DNA of 55,616 nucleotides, from IMG/VR virus record IMGVR_UViG_3300045242_000161, positions 1 to 55,616 of that record. The stretch is one strand, 5' to 3'. Positions 1 to 9,849 of this stretch are shown piece by piece. Source of the DNA: a virus (Duplodnaviria > Caudoviricetes). The notes under the pieces were generated by a model. The model saw only the letters and a list, made by a program, of their open reading frames with translations, searched no databases and was not told the DNA's origin. Position 1 is the stretch's first letter. Each line of letters opens with the position of its first letter. Position numbers and translations under genes: made by a program.

Positions 1-342
1 GTGGAGGGTACTACAGATCGTTATACGATTTGGATGATCAACGGGGCCGATAAGGTCGCCCAACAGGTGAAGATAACACTACTCGCTTTCTTTGGAGAGT
101 GGTTCCTGGATACTACGTTTGGAGTTCCCTACCTCGAAGACATTCTGGTTAAGAATCCTCACATGCCTAGCGTGGAGAGCATTCTGCGATCTCATATTCT
201 TGATGTGCCTCACGTTACTGGTCTTGTGTCATTTACTCTTACGTGGGATCGTCAAGACCGTATACTTCGTGTGGTCTTTGAAGCGACGACTGATTACGGT
301 ACTATCCAGGATTCGATCAGATTGGAGATGATGCGTGTCTGA
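1..342 (+). CDS. Baseplate wedge / sheath initiator (gp25-like), 3' part; the gene starts at 55541 and spans the circular junction
   Basis: GADKVAQQVKITLLAFFGEWFLDTTFGVPY motif; lies between spike and baseplate J genes; in frame with 55541..55616 through the 7-nt terminal overlap. Confidence 0.8.
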   Translation: MEGTTDRYTIWMINGADKVAQQVKITLLAFFGEWFLDTTFGVPYLEDILVKNPHMPSVESILRSHILDVPHVTGLVSFTLTWDRQDRILRVVFEATTDYGTIQDSIRLEMMRV

Positions 343-1804
343 TCTCGTCAATCCTCTCGACTATGGAGTCCTGCCAATAGGATTCTCGCGGATGCGGTTG
401 CCGGAGATACGGCAGGCCATCATTGATGATCTACAGCACCGCACGAAATTGACGTTTGAAACACGCCCAGATTCAATCACAGGTCAATTCATTGATGTAT
501 TCGCAGAGCGTGAGGCGACCGTATGGGAACTGGCGGAGGCTGTTTACCATGCGATGTATCCTGTTTCTGCTTTCGGTGTTAATCTGGATCACGCTGTTAG
601 TTTTGCCGGTGTCCGTCGTCTATTCGCTGAGCAGTCTCTGGCATGGGTAGTTCTCTATGGTGTAGAAGGAACGGTGGTTCCAGCCTCCTCTGTAATCCGA
701 TCGACAGATAATCAAGAGGAATTCGCCACTGTTGCTGGTGTGACTATCACCCAAACCGCAGGAGGAGATGTAACAGTATCGGTTGACACTCAGGTTGTAG
801 GGCAAGAATATTACGTGCGTCTGGATGCTACCTTCTATCGATATACTGCGGTAACAGGGGACACCAATGTCTCCATCGCAGCGAACCTTGGAGCTCTTCT
901 AATCGCATCGCGTAATGTGATTGAACTTGACGCCAACCATATTCGCATCTACACAGTTACTAACGTCCCATTTGCACTCCTGTTATCCACAGGGATCTCC
1001 ATCTTCCTTTTGGGAACACCCGCAGTTGCCCAGGCTATCAACTACGGGCCGATAGAGTCTCTTCCGCATACGCTGACGCAGATCGTCTCTACTGCTACAG
1101 GTTGGAACAGTGTTGATAACGTGGTCGCTGGACAGATTGGGCGTGACCAGGAGACGGATGATGAGCTCAGGTTGCGGTATCAGAATGGCGTTTATCGCCT
1201 CGGTGCTGCTACCCTACCAGCTATTAAGTCCAATTTAGAGCAGAACATCATTGGGCTACAGACTGTTGAAGTGTACGAGAATGTTAGTGATACAGTTGAT
1301 GCCGATGGACGATCTGCCCATAGCATTGAGGTTGTAGCCTTCGGGGGAGATCCACAAGACATCGGTGACGAGATCTTCCGCCTCAAGGCAGCAGGTATCG
1401 ACACGTATGGTGATACCCAGGTCATGGTATCCGATGTTTCCGGATACCAGCATCCCATCAACTTCAGTCGCCCTGAGCCTGTCTATGTCTGGATCAACTG
1501 CACCGTTCATCTTTACAATGAAGAAGTATTCCCACCCAATGGAAACACCGTCGTACAGCAGACGATCGTAGACACAGGTAATTCATTTGGCGTTGGTGTA
1601 GACATCATCATTCAGAGGTTCTATGGACCTATCTATACCGCCGTGTCGGGGATTGGTCAGATAGAGATCACTGTTGCAGTTGAGTCTGATGCGACGACGA
1701 CTCCTGCTGCAGGAGACTATAGTGCAGTGAACGTGCCAATCGCCGTTCGAGAGTTGGCGCGGTTTGATATCGTCCGCACATCGGTGACGGTGGTCTCTAC
1801 ATGA
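335..1804 (+). CDS. Baseplate J/gp47-like wedge protein
   Basis: GRDQETDDELRLR and GVNLDHAVSFAGVRR motifs, length, synteny. Confidence 0.9.
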   Translation: MSDLVNPLDYGVLPIGFSRMRLPEIRQAIIDDLQHRTKLTFETRPDSITGQFIDVFAEREATVWELAEAVYHAMYPVSAFGVNLDHAVSFAGVRRLFAEQSLAWVVLYGVEGTVVPASSVIRSTDNQEEFATVAGVTITQTAGGDVTVSVDTQVVGQEYYVRLDATFYRYTAVTGDTNVSIAANLGALLIASRNVIELDANHIRIYTVTNVPFALLLSTGISIFLLGTPAVAQAINYGPIESLPHTLTQIVSTATGWNSVDNVVAGQIGRDQETDDELRLRYQNGVYRLGAATLPAIKSNLEQNIIGLQTVEVYENVSDTVDADGRSAHSIEVVAFGGDPQDIGDEIFRLKAAGIDTYGDTQVMVSDVSGYQHPINFSRPEPVYVWINCTVHLYNEEVFPPNGNTVVQQTIVDTGNSFGVGVDIIIQRFYGPIYTAVSGIGQIEITVAVESDATTTPAAGDYSAVNVPIAVRELARFDIVRTSVTVVST

Positions 1805-3702
1805 GCGGAGACGATTTCAACTTCCCCCACGTCCATAGTGATGTTGCCTGGAGTCATTTCCTGTCACAACACGTGGGGAAGGTGTACACGGAAGGTTACG
1901 TCAGAGCTTTCTATCCACCGTTGGATGTTATCGACAAGGCACAATACGATCTCCTCACTCTAAGATGGCTAGAAAGTGCACAAGGAGTCCAGTTAGACGG
2001 TATCGGTAGTATCGTTGGTATCGACCGTGAACTACAGAATTCGGTCTTCCTACCTTTCTTCGGGTTCGTATCACAACCTGCTGGTAAGGGGTTCAATCAG
2101 GCGCGTATCCGACGCGATAGAGAGCCCTATGCGACAAGCCGCGTCATGGGAGACATCGAGTATCAGAAAGCGATCATCGCAAAGATCGCGCTCAACAACG
2201 CGCATGGAACAGCCAATGACATCATTGCCAATGTGAACTTCGCGCTAGGCGTGACGGGCACAACAGTGATGGACATGATGGATGCCGAAGCCTCGGTCCT
2301 GATAAATGATATGTCGATCACGACTGCGAATCCTCGGTTCTCGATAATAGATCAAGTGATACCACGAGCAGCAGGAGTAAGAATATGGCCTGAGTTAGTT
2401 AATACAGGACACATGTTCGGCTTCCAGAACCAGGGGATGTACTTTGGTTTCAATGTAGGTATACTGGCACGTCGGCCGGTGTCTAATCTTCCAATCGTAG
2501 TTGATCCTGGACTACCATCTCTTGATATCAGCTTCTTGACAGGAACTCTTGACTCTCGCATTATATTTGCGCGAGCTAGCACAGCAACTTATTATGATGT
2601 GAATGGATTAATACAAACTGTTACTGCAAATACTCCAAGATTTAGTTATGATCCTATAACTCATGCTGCTCGTGGATTGCATATAGAGGAAAACAGAACT
2701 AATCTTTTCTTGCAAAGTGGTGACTTTACTAATGCTAGTTGGACTAAAACTAACTGCACACTTGCCGCTGGAACTGCTGGTCCGAATGGCGCTACTACTG
2801 GAGTTGGTGTAATTGGCAATGCTGGTGCGACCGCTTCAATTATACAAAGCATTACATCAATAGCATCAACTACATATACGATGAGTTGTTTTGTTAAAGC
2901 TGGCACTCAAACAACAGTACAAATGTTGATGCCTGGGACTTGGTTTACTGGAGGAGTTAATCGCTTAGGCACATATGATTTAAATGCTGGGACTTCTATT
3001 CCAGGTGGAGTTGGCGCTACTTCTACAATTGTGCCTATTGGTAATGGATGGTATCGAATTAGCTTAACAGTAACCCCTGACTTAGCCGCTGCTGCTTCTC
3101 ATCAGATTGTGCGTGCCAATGCATCTGGTGATGGTGTATCTGTATTGTTTTATGCTTTTGGCGCTCAAATAGAAGCTGGGGCTTTTATTACAAGCTACAT
3201 TCCTACAACTACTGCTACTGTAGCTCGTGCAATTGAAACTACAACTATGTCTCTTGATCCCTGGTTCAATGCTGCTATCGGAACAATATCAATTGATACT
3301 TTACAGATAACAGCGAATATCAACAATAGTTGGATAGGAGACCTTGGAGACTCAACGGCGAATAATGAAATGGGATTATTCATATCAAATACTACTGGTG
3401 GTCAAGTATTGTTTCGAAATGCAGGAACCTCCATATATAATCCAACTGTAACCTCTGGCATGTATACAGCAGGCACAGCAGCTAAGTCTGCATTCTCCTG
3501 GCAGTCCATTAATGCTACTTGGGCTGTTAATGGAGTTATCCGAAACAATGCAGGAGCAGTTACAGGAACACTTCCAGTGGTTATTGCATTAACAGTTGGC
3601 AATCGTTCTGGTGGCTCTGGTCAATTAAATGGTTATGTTAGGAGGTTACAATACTGGAGGCGTGCTCTGTCTAATGCTGAACTACAATCCGTAACAACGT
3701 AA
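1801..3702 (+). CDS. Baseplate wedge protein (DUF2612/gpI-like N-terminus) fused to a fibre/lectin-like C-terminal extension
   Basis: AQGVQLDGIGSIVGIDR and FFGF motifs in first ~230 aa; then FARASTATYYD...GLHIEENRTNL...GAQIEAGAFITSYIPT typical of phage fibre/spike domains. Confidence 0.75.
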   Translation: MSGDDFNFPHVHSDVAWSHFLSQHVGKVYTEGYVRAFYPPLDVIDKAQYDLLTLRWLESAQGVQLDGIGSIVGIDRELQNSVFLPFFGFVSQPAGKGFNQARIRRDREPYATSRVMGDIEYQKAIIAKIALNNAHGTANDIIANVNFALGVTGTTVMDMMDAEASVLINDMSITTANPRFSIIDQVIPRAAGVRIWPELVNTGHMFGFQNQGMYFGFNVGILARRPVSNLPIVVDPGLPSLDISFLTGTLDSRIIFARASTATYYDVNGLIQTVTANTPRFSYDPITHAARGLHIEENRTNLFLQSGDFTNASWTKTNCTLAAGTAGPNGATTGVGVIGNAGATASIIQSITSIASTTYTMSCFVKAGTQTTVQMLMPGTWFTGGVNRLGTYDLNAGTSIPGGVGATSTIVPIGNGWYRISLTVTPDLAAAASHQIVRANASGDGVSVLFYAFGAQIEAGAFITSYIPTTTATVARAIETTTMSLDPWFNAAIGTISIDTLQITANINNSWIGDLGDSTANNEMGLFISNTTGGQVLFRNAGTSIYNPTVTSGMYTAGTAAKSAFSWQSINATWAVNGVIRNNAGAVTGTLPVVIALTVGNRSGGSGQLNGYVRRLQYWRRALSNAELQSVTT

Positions 3703-3750
3703 TGGCATGTTGGTCAGAATGTTCTGACGATACCGTAAGGAGAACAGCCA

Positions 3751-3951
3751 GTGGCTTCTAATATTGATCCGACCAAACCGACGTATGGCAAAGCCTATAC
3801 CTCTGAAGTGAGGAAGAATTTCCAGTATGCTAAAGACGAAATTGAAGAGCTTCAGAAAGGGACCTTTGCAGTGATGAATTTGCCTAAGTCAAACGCTGGT
3901 CTCCCGCCAGGTGCATTGTGGAATAATGGAGGGTTTGTATGTATCGTTTGA
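3751..3951 (+). CDS. Small virion appendage/adaptor protein with the shared SNIDPTKP N-terminal module
   Basis: RBS AGGAG before GTG; N-terminus similar to ORFs at 5842 and 6840; C-terminal LPxSxAGLPxGxLWN motif seen in fibre proteins. Confidence 0.6.
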   Translation: MASNIDPTKPTYGKAYTSEVRKNFQYAKDEIEELQKGTFAVMNLPKSNAGLPPGALWNNGGFVCIV

Positions 3952-5624
3952 TCTTCCTAGTATTCCTCCTGTGCTTCGCCAATATAGCACAGGCAGCATG
4001 TCCTGCTGTATTAACAGATTGTCCGACCATCAATGCGAATAACGGCAACTTTGGTGGGATTGTAAATTTTAGTGGGGCGTTAAAGTTAACTGGCACTGGG
4101 CAGCCTGCCAATAACGATACTAAGACACAATGGAGTTTTGCTTATACTACCACTAATCCTTTGAATGAAGGTAGGCCATTTGTTATAACTACAACTGCTG
4201 ACGTAACAGCAGCGCCTACAAGCAATGTGACTCTTGGATTTGATAGTGAATTATACACTGTTGTTGGTGTAGTGCCATTTGGTAGCACAACATTTAATCC
4301 ACAGGGCGCTGGTGGTGGTGAACACCAAAGTGCAATCTATGGCCATGGTCAATTGAGGGTCTCTCCGCCTATGTTCGGTTGCACACCTAATCTTGATTGT
4401 CCAGGAACAGTATTCGCGCAGAATGGTTTAAACGCATTTGCTGATAACATCAGCACAGCAGAATTATTCAGTGCGCGGTCTATCATCGTTCACTCTCCTG
4501 CTCCTTCTAAGTCTTTCACCAAAAATGGTTATGCTGCTGGATTTGGAGGAACCACAGATGTTTGGTCAGCTTTATCTAGTGACGATTGTATAAGTGGTCA
4601 GCAGGCTAGTCAGTGTCTTGGTATTATTATGAGTGCCAATTCTCCTTATCAGTTTAATGGATTTGGTATCGCCAATCCCGTAGCAGAAGTTCACAGCCAA
4701 TGTGGCAATCGAACTGATGCTGCGACTGGTTGGATTAGTGGCAATACACTATACCTTGCTTCGCCTCCAACCACATCACTGAACTTTGGTCCTGGAAGTA
4801 TAGTTTCTGCGCCTGGTATGGTTAATGCCCATCTTATGTCAGCCGTAAGCAGCGCGCCCGTAGCTGGAGTGACTCCTGGCGGATATAACGCATACAATAT
4901 AGATGGTGATCCTCAAACTCTTGGAAGCCAAGGAGTGCCAGTTAACTTTACATTCACTGAAACTTGTATACAATTTATAGCAAGTAATTTTTCATCTGGT
5001 GGATTAGCGACATACGGATTTATTGGTGGTGTTGGTGGGCTCCGCAATACTTTGTTGGCCAGTATCAATCAAGGAACTGTAGCTAATGTAGGAACATATA
5101 TTGATGCTCGAATTAATGAAATACCATCACTGTATATTTACGGTGCGGCTGGCGGGAGACCAGCAGGTATGGCTGTTGGATTTACTACTCCTCCATTGAC
5201 TCCTCCGCTTGATGCTTTATGGGTTAATGGTAGTGTTCAGGCAGATACTCTATGGGTTAATGCTAGTGGATTTACTTCCATTAGCACTGTTGAAAATGTT
5301 GGTATTGGCTGGGGACATAATGGAGTTCCATTCAGATTAAGCATCAAAGGAAAGGATACATCAACTACTAATGCAGTATTCATTACTGATAGTGCTGATA
5401 AGGTTATCTTCCGTATTCAAAATGATGGTCTTGTGGTGACTACAGGCAATGTCAATATTCAAGGTTCGCTTACTTTACAGAGTCCAGTTTTGGATTTAAC
5501 ACCCCATACACCAGCAACATCAGCTGAACCTTGTCTAGCAGGACAGTTCGCCACTGACATCAATTACCTGTATTCTTGCATACAATCTAATACTTGGCGT
5601 CGTGCTCCACTTACTGCTTTCTAG
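3939..5624 (+). CDS. Fibre-like beta-rich protein with predicted Sec signal peptide and 10 mature Cys
   Basis: MYRLIFLVFLLCFANIAQA/A signal-like N-terminus; GIG...RLSIKG and FRIQNDG fibre-type repeats; C-terminal TPATSAEPC..GQFATDINYLYSC..NTWRR module. Confidence 0.6.
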   Translation: MYRLIFLVFLLCFANIAQAACPAVLTDCPTINANNGNFGGIVNFSGALKLTGTGQPANNDTKTQWSFAYTTTNPLNEGRPFVITTTADVTAAPTSNVTLGFDSELYTVVGVVPFGSTTFNPQGAGGGEHQSAIYGHGQLRVSPPMFGCTPNLDCPGTVFAQNGLNAFADNISTAELFSARSIIVHSPAPSKSFTKNGYAAGFGGTTDVWSALSSDDCISGQQASQCLGIIMSANSPYQFNGFGIANPVAEVHSQCGNRTDAATGWISGNTLYLASPPTTSLNFGPGSIVSAPGMVNAHLMSAVSSAPVAGVTPGGYNAYNIDGDPQTLGSQGVPVNFTFTETCIQFIASNFSSGGLATYGFIGGVGGLRNTLLASINQGTVANVGTYIDARINEIPSLYIYGAAGGRPAGMAVGFTTPPLTPPLDALWVNGSVQADTLWVNASGFTSISTVENVGIGWGHNGVPFRLSIKGKDTSTTNAVFITDSADKVIFRIQNDGLVVTTGNVNIQGSLTLQSPVLDLTPHTPATSAEPCLAGQFATDINYLYSCIQSNTWRRAPLTAF

Positions 5625-5633
5625 GAGAGGGAA

Positions 5634-5852
5634 TTGAAACGGCTACTCATCGTGTTGGTTTCAGTTGTTAGTCATGGTGCACTGGCCCAAGATCAACAGC
5701 CAACATCAAATGAAGCTAAGGCTCTTGGTTCTATGGTTGTAGAAGCAGCACAGAGAGAAGCTCAATTGAGAGCCCAAGTATTTGCATTACAAGATGAAAT
5801 TACTCGCCTCAAGACCCAGAACAAAGTTGTGGAGAATAAGAATGGCCAGTAA
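5634..5852 (+). CDS. Small coiled-coil protein with predicted signal peptide (fibre chaperone-like or spanin-like)
   Basis: MKRLLIVLVSVVSHGALA/Q then heptad-rich helix; RBS GGAGAGG; TTG start. Confidence 0.55.
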   Translation: MKRLLIVLVSVVSHGALAQDQQPTSNEAKALGSMVVEAAQREAQLRAQVFALQDEITRLKTQNKVVENKNGQ

Positions 5853-6825
5853 TATTGATCCAACCAAGCCGAATGGACCTGTTGCGTATACCTCTGATAT
5901 GCGTACCAATTTTACGGCGGCTAAATCAGAAATAGAAGCGTTACAAGGGTCTGTTCAGAACATTCCGCCCGGAGCAATAACACTGCCATTGATGGATGGA
6001 ACTGCGACTATTGGTGTATCTACTTCTTGGGCACATGCTGATCATGTTCATCCTACAGATACCTCTAGAGCAGCAGCAACTGCTTTGGCAAGTTATCTGC
6101 CTTTGGCTGGAGGAACGGTTACTGGTAATACTACATTCAATGGAATAAACACTTTCGGCTCAGCAAACGTCTTTTCCGGAACTGGTAATGCTATTGATGT
6201 TACCAATAGTGCCAGAGTTCAAACGCTACTTAATATTGGCACTACTACAATAGGTGGTGCTATTTGGATGAATGGACCTGCTGGAAACGCTAGGTCACTT
6301 AGATGGAATACTGCAGGAGTTGTTCATTGGCAATTTGGATTGAATGCGGCTGCTGAATCTGGTGGTAATGTTGGCGCTGATATGTCATTCAGTAGATATG
6401 ATGATACTGGAGTGGCTATGGGCGCTGCTATCCAGTTCATCAGATCAACTGGATTAGTGAACATATTTAATGGCCTCTCATTAACCAGCAATACCGTTAC
6501 AACAAATACAGATAACAGTAAACATCTTGGTTTGTTCGGAACAACTGCTGGTATCAATGTCAATAATGCCTCCGCTAGACAGAATTACGTTTCTACTGGC
6601 GCGAATGCCCATTACTTCGTTGTTGGAGTTACAGACGCAATCAGTATAGATGGCACTGGTCTAAATGTAATTGTGGGTGGGGTGTCAGGACGATCCGGCG
6701 CTGCGGCTCCAACCACCGCACAATTACCTGCCGGTAAGAGTATCGTTTGGAAGAACACTACTGATGCTACTGTGAAATTGTATTACAATGATGGCGGAAC
6801 TATGCGCTCTGTAACCCTGGCCTAG
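5842..6825 (+). CDS. Tail fibre protein with the SNIDPTKP N-terminal module
   Basis: Start reassigned to ATG 5842 (RBS GGAG; paralogous N-terminus); WAHADHVHPTDTSRA and YLPLAGGTVTG fibre motifs. Confidence 0.75.
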   Translation: MASNIDPTKPNGPVAYTSDMRTNFTAAKSEIEALQGSVQNIPPGAITLPLMDGTATIGVSTSWAHADHVHPTDTSRAAATALASYLPLAGGTVTGNTTFNGINTFGSANVFSGTGNAIDVTNSARVQTLLNIGTTTIGGAIWMNGPAGNARSLRWNTAGVVHWQFGLNAAAESGGNVGADMSFSRYDDTGVAMGAAIQFIRSTGLVNIFNGLSLTSNTVTTNTDNSKHLGLFGTTAGINVNNASARQNYVSTGANAHYFVVGVTDAISIDGTGLNVIVGGVSGRSGAAAPTTAQLPAGKSIVWKNTTDATVKLYYNDGGTMRSVTLA

Positions 6826-6839
6826 TAGGAGATTATCTT

Positions 6840-7247
6840 ATGACAAGCATGATAGATCCAACCAAACCAACACAGGGATCTGCTCTTACCGCAGATGTTC
6901 GTGCCAACTTTTCTGCTGCTAAACAGGAGATTGAGTCCTTGCAGACGAGCGGTCTCGGTGGAGGTGGAGTGCAGAAAACAGACCATTCAGGATACATTAT
7001 CATGGGAGGACAGGCACAGAGTCTAATGCCTGCCAATCCTAATCGTCGTGGCTGGTCATTCCAAAACAAGTCGCTCTCCGACATGTATTTCAATGATCTT
7101 GGAACTGCTGCTGATCCGGCGCTCGCCAATTCCGTTTATCTCCCACCAGGAGCATATTATGAGAGTGAAATAGGAGGTGCCTCTGTAGCCGCCATTTCAC
7201 TTTACGGTTCACAGACATTCGCTAACTTTGTAGCGAAGGAGTGGTAA
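6840..7247 (+). CDS. Small beta-sandwich appendage protein with the IDPTKP N-terminal module
   Basis: RBS AGGAG; PANPNRRGWSFQNKS pattern typical of small phage jelly-roll proteins. Confidence 0.6.
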   Translation: MTSMIDPTKPTQGSALTADVRANFSAAKQEIESLQTSGLGGGGVQKTDHSGYIIMGGQAQSLMPANPNRRGWSFQNKSLSDMYFNDLGTAADPALANSVYLPPGAYYESEIGGASVAAISLYGSQTFANFVAKEW

Positions 7248-7248
7248 G

Positions 7249-8277
7249 ATGCCGATTTCTTATCCCTCCTATCGGTTAAATGCTCTTGAGTTTTCTGGTG
7301 GGTCTATATTGACTTTGGGTACTATTACTCCTGGCTCTGGATATGCTGATGGAGTTCATCCTAATGTGTCGTTGATGGGCGGTGCTGGCAAAGGAGCCAT
7401 AGCTACTGTCACTGTTTCGGGAGGAGCAGTAACCGCAGTTGTATTAACAAATCCAGGAGGAAATGTTACTTCAACAGGATGTGTTGGTTATTTCCCTGGT
7501 GACGTTCTTACAATAACTAGCACGGGTGGTGGAACCGGCTTCTCTATTCCTGTGCTAACAGTCAACAATAGTTATCAGTGGCAGGTTCCTCAAGGACTGA
7601 GCCTAATTCTTATGGATGCTTGCGGTGCTGGCGGTGGCGGTGGTGCTGGCGGACCTTCTACTGCTGGTGGTGGTGGAGGAGGATCAGGCGCTTCTTTGAT
7701 AGGTTTCCCAGTAACTGTTGCTCCAGGTGCCATACTTATTCTTACTCCAGGACTACCTGGGTCTGCAGGTGTGTTCAACGGCAACATTGCTACTGCTGGC
7801 GGTGATAGTATATTCTCAGGAACAATAACACCTCAACCCGTATTAACTGGAGGGCTCCCTGGCCAGCCAGGAGTGGCGGGTGTTGGTGGAACGTCTGGTG
7901 ATGGCGGTGGAATTTATCATGGTTTTGGAGCAGCAGCAGGGGCAACTCCTGCTAGTCCAGGAACAATCATGCCAGGCTTTTATATGGGTGGTTCTGGTGG
8001 TGGGGGCGGCGGCTCTACTGCTACTCCTGGTGCTGTGGGCGCTGGTCCTGGACCGTATCAAGGCAATTCGCCTGGGGGTGGAACCGGCAGTGGTGGCGGT
8101 GGAGCTAAAACTCCTTGGGGTAAAGGCGGACTTGGTGGTAATGGTATAGGTGGAACTAATCCTACATCAGCAGGAAGTAATGTAGTTTCTGATGGTTGGG
8201 GCGGCGGTGGTGCTGGAGGAGGTCCAGGATTCAATGGTAGTGCGGGCCATTCTGGTTGGTTCCGGTTGAGGTTCTAA
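7249..8277 (+). CDS. Glycine-rich domain virion/adhesin protein
   Basis: Many GGGGG tracts, GAGGGGG...GGGGGSG pattern, ends GHSGWFRLRF. Confidence 0.7.
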   Translation: MPISYPSYRLNALEFSGGSILTLGTITPGSGYADGVHPNVSLMGGAGKGAIATVTVSGGAVTAVVLTNPGGNVTSTGCVGYFPGDVLTITSTGGGTGFSIPVLTVNNSYQWQVPQGLSLILMDACGAGGGGGAGGPSTAGGGGGGSGASLIGFPVTVAPGAILILTPGLPGSAGVFNGNIATAGGDSIFSGTITPQPVLTGGLPGQPGVAGVGGTSGDGGGIYHGFGAAAGATPASPGTIMPGFYMGGSGGGGGGSTATPGAVGAGPGPYQGNSPGGGTGSGGGGAKTPWGKGGLGGNGIGGTNPTSAGSNVVSDGWGGGGAGGGPGFNGSAGHSGWFRLRF

Positions 8278-8278
8278 T

Positions 8279-9634
8279 ATGTATACATCACTCGGTAATG
8301 GTCCGCCTCCACCAATACATACTCCATTTTTGAATCCTGAGGTGCATATCTCTGCCGGTCAATCTTGGCGCGGAGTATTTAAATCTGGTGTCTCTATTAC
8401 TTCAATGGGATGGAATTCACAGACCCAAACTACACTTACTCTGGGATTCACTCATCCATTCTATTTGAGTGGTGTGCTCTATACTTCTTCTGGTATCGGC
8501 ATCCCTAACAACGGAAAGTTCACTGGTATTCGCGGATACACTCCTGATATGCTGTGGCCTATGCCTCCTCCATCATCCTCAATTGATACGTCTAACGCAA
8601 CAACATTCGGACGGTCGGCAGTACTGGCTTTGCAGTTACTTCGTATGGCGAATAACAGGTTCATGAATCCTATCATTGAATACTGTATGCTGTGTCCTGG
8701 AAGTTCTTGGGTAGAAAGTCCCGCCAATGGGTGCGGTGGATTAGGGCCCGGAAGTGCGCCTTGGATTAATATGCATACGATCAATGACCAGATTATCAAC
8801 AAATTACTTCCCAGCAGTTTCGCTAGGTTGAATAAGGCAACATTTCGATCAGTAGGATGGACACAAGGCGGTTCTCTTGATCTATCATCGCCTCAAAAGA
8901 CTATTGATGAATGGTCAGATATGACATATCAATACGATATGTTGTTCCTACCCGGAACCGACACCAAACCGCTAAACTTCTACTTAGGGATACGCGCCCC
9001 AAATTCAAATGATACTGTTGCGACTAATGCAGTAATTGGAGCTTGGCAATTCGTTCGCACCAATCAAAACGGAAGAACAATAGGAACCTCTCCATGGTAT
9101 CAATGGAAGTTCAACGGAGGCGATGGCATTCACACAGATATCTATGGCGTAATGCGAGAAGGGGAATTTGAAGGTCTAGCCAAATACATTACAGAAGATG
9201 AAGGTGTATTCTTTAAACCGCTATGGAGGTCATTGACTCTGCCAATTACAATTACAGGACAAACAATTACTATACCATTCGACAGGCCCACTGGGAGTTT
9301 CTTCACCAATTCTCAGATGCTCTGGATGGCAGAAGATGAAGATGGTCCCAAGGAGTGGCCCCAGAAAGGCTTCCATGTTTTACGTGGAACAACTGAACTG
9401 ACCGTTACACCTGTAATCTCTGGTATGAATGTCGTGCTAACTATTACGGAACCTATTCGTACTGGAGATTCATTGGAAGTTTCATACGCGTATCGCGGAC
9501 CAGGAGGACCATCCATTAGTTTCTATACGGGTGTTGGCGGTAACTTAACCATACCTGGACCGCCATCGCAGTTGTTTCCTGGCAAGATCATTAACTCTTG
9601 GGCATGGCCTTTCATGGAAATGGTGACGGTATGA
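8279..9634 (+). CDS. Putative SGNH-type carbohydrate esterase (sialate O-acetylesterase-like) virion protein
   Basis: AGQS (block I), WTQG (block III-like) and DGIH (block V) motifs in the expected order. Confidence 0.5.
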   Translation: MYTSLGNGPPPPIHTPFLNPEVHISAGQSWRGVFKSGVSITSMGWNSQTQTTLTLGFTHPFYLSGVLYTSSGIGIPNNGKFTGIRGYTPDMLWPMPPPSSSIDTSNATTFGRSAVLALQLLRMANNRFMNPIIEYCMLCPGSSWVESPANGCGGLGPGSAPWINMHTINDQIINKLLPSSFARLNKATFRSVGWTQGGSLDLSSPQKTIDEWSDMTYQYDMLFLPGTDTKPLNFYLGIRAPNSNDTVATNAVIGAWQFVRTNQNGRTIGTSPWYQWKFNGGDGIHTDIYGVMREGEFEGLAKYITEDEGVFFKPLWRSLTLPITITGQTITIPFDRPTGSFFTNSQMLWMAEDEDGPKEWPQKGFHVLRGTTELTVTPVISGMNVVLTITEPIRTGDSLEVSYAYRGPGGPSISFYTGVGGNLTIPGPPSQLFPGKIINSWAWPFMEMVTV

Positions 9635-9849
9635 GTGATCTTCCAGAAGCCTCAGAACCTATTCCGGGCAACACACAGATGGCGCTCGATGAAGGTTACA
9701 TGCCTGACATAGATGGATTCCGTCTATTTTGTAAGAGTAAGATTGAGGAGCAAAACATTTCACTACACTACCGCTCAACTGCTCTGGCTAAGATGGATGA
9801 GATGATCTTGGCGATCAAGCTGGGATTGGAGGAGAAGGCTAATGTCTGA
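9631..9849 (+). CDS. Hypothetical protein
   Basis: ATGA-coupled to upstream gene; overlaps start of next gene. Confidence 0.5.
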   Translation: MSDLPEASEPIPGNTQMALDEGYMPDIDGFRLFCKSKIEEQNISLHYRSTALAKMDEMILAIKLGLEEKANV

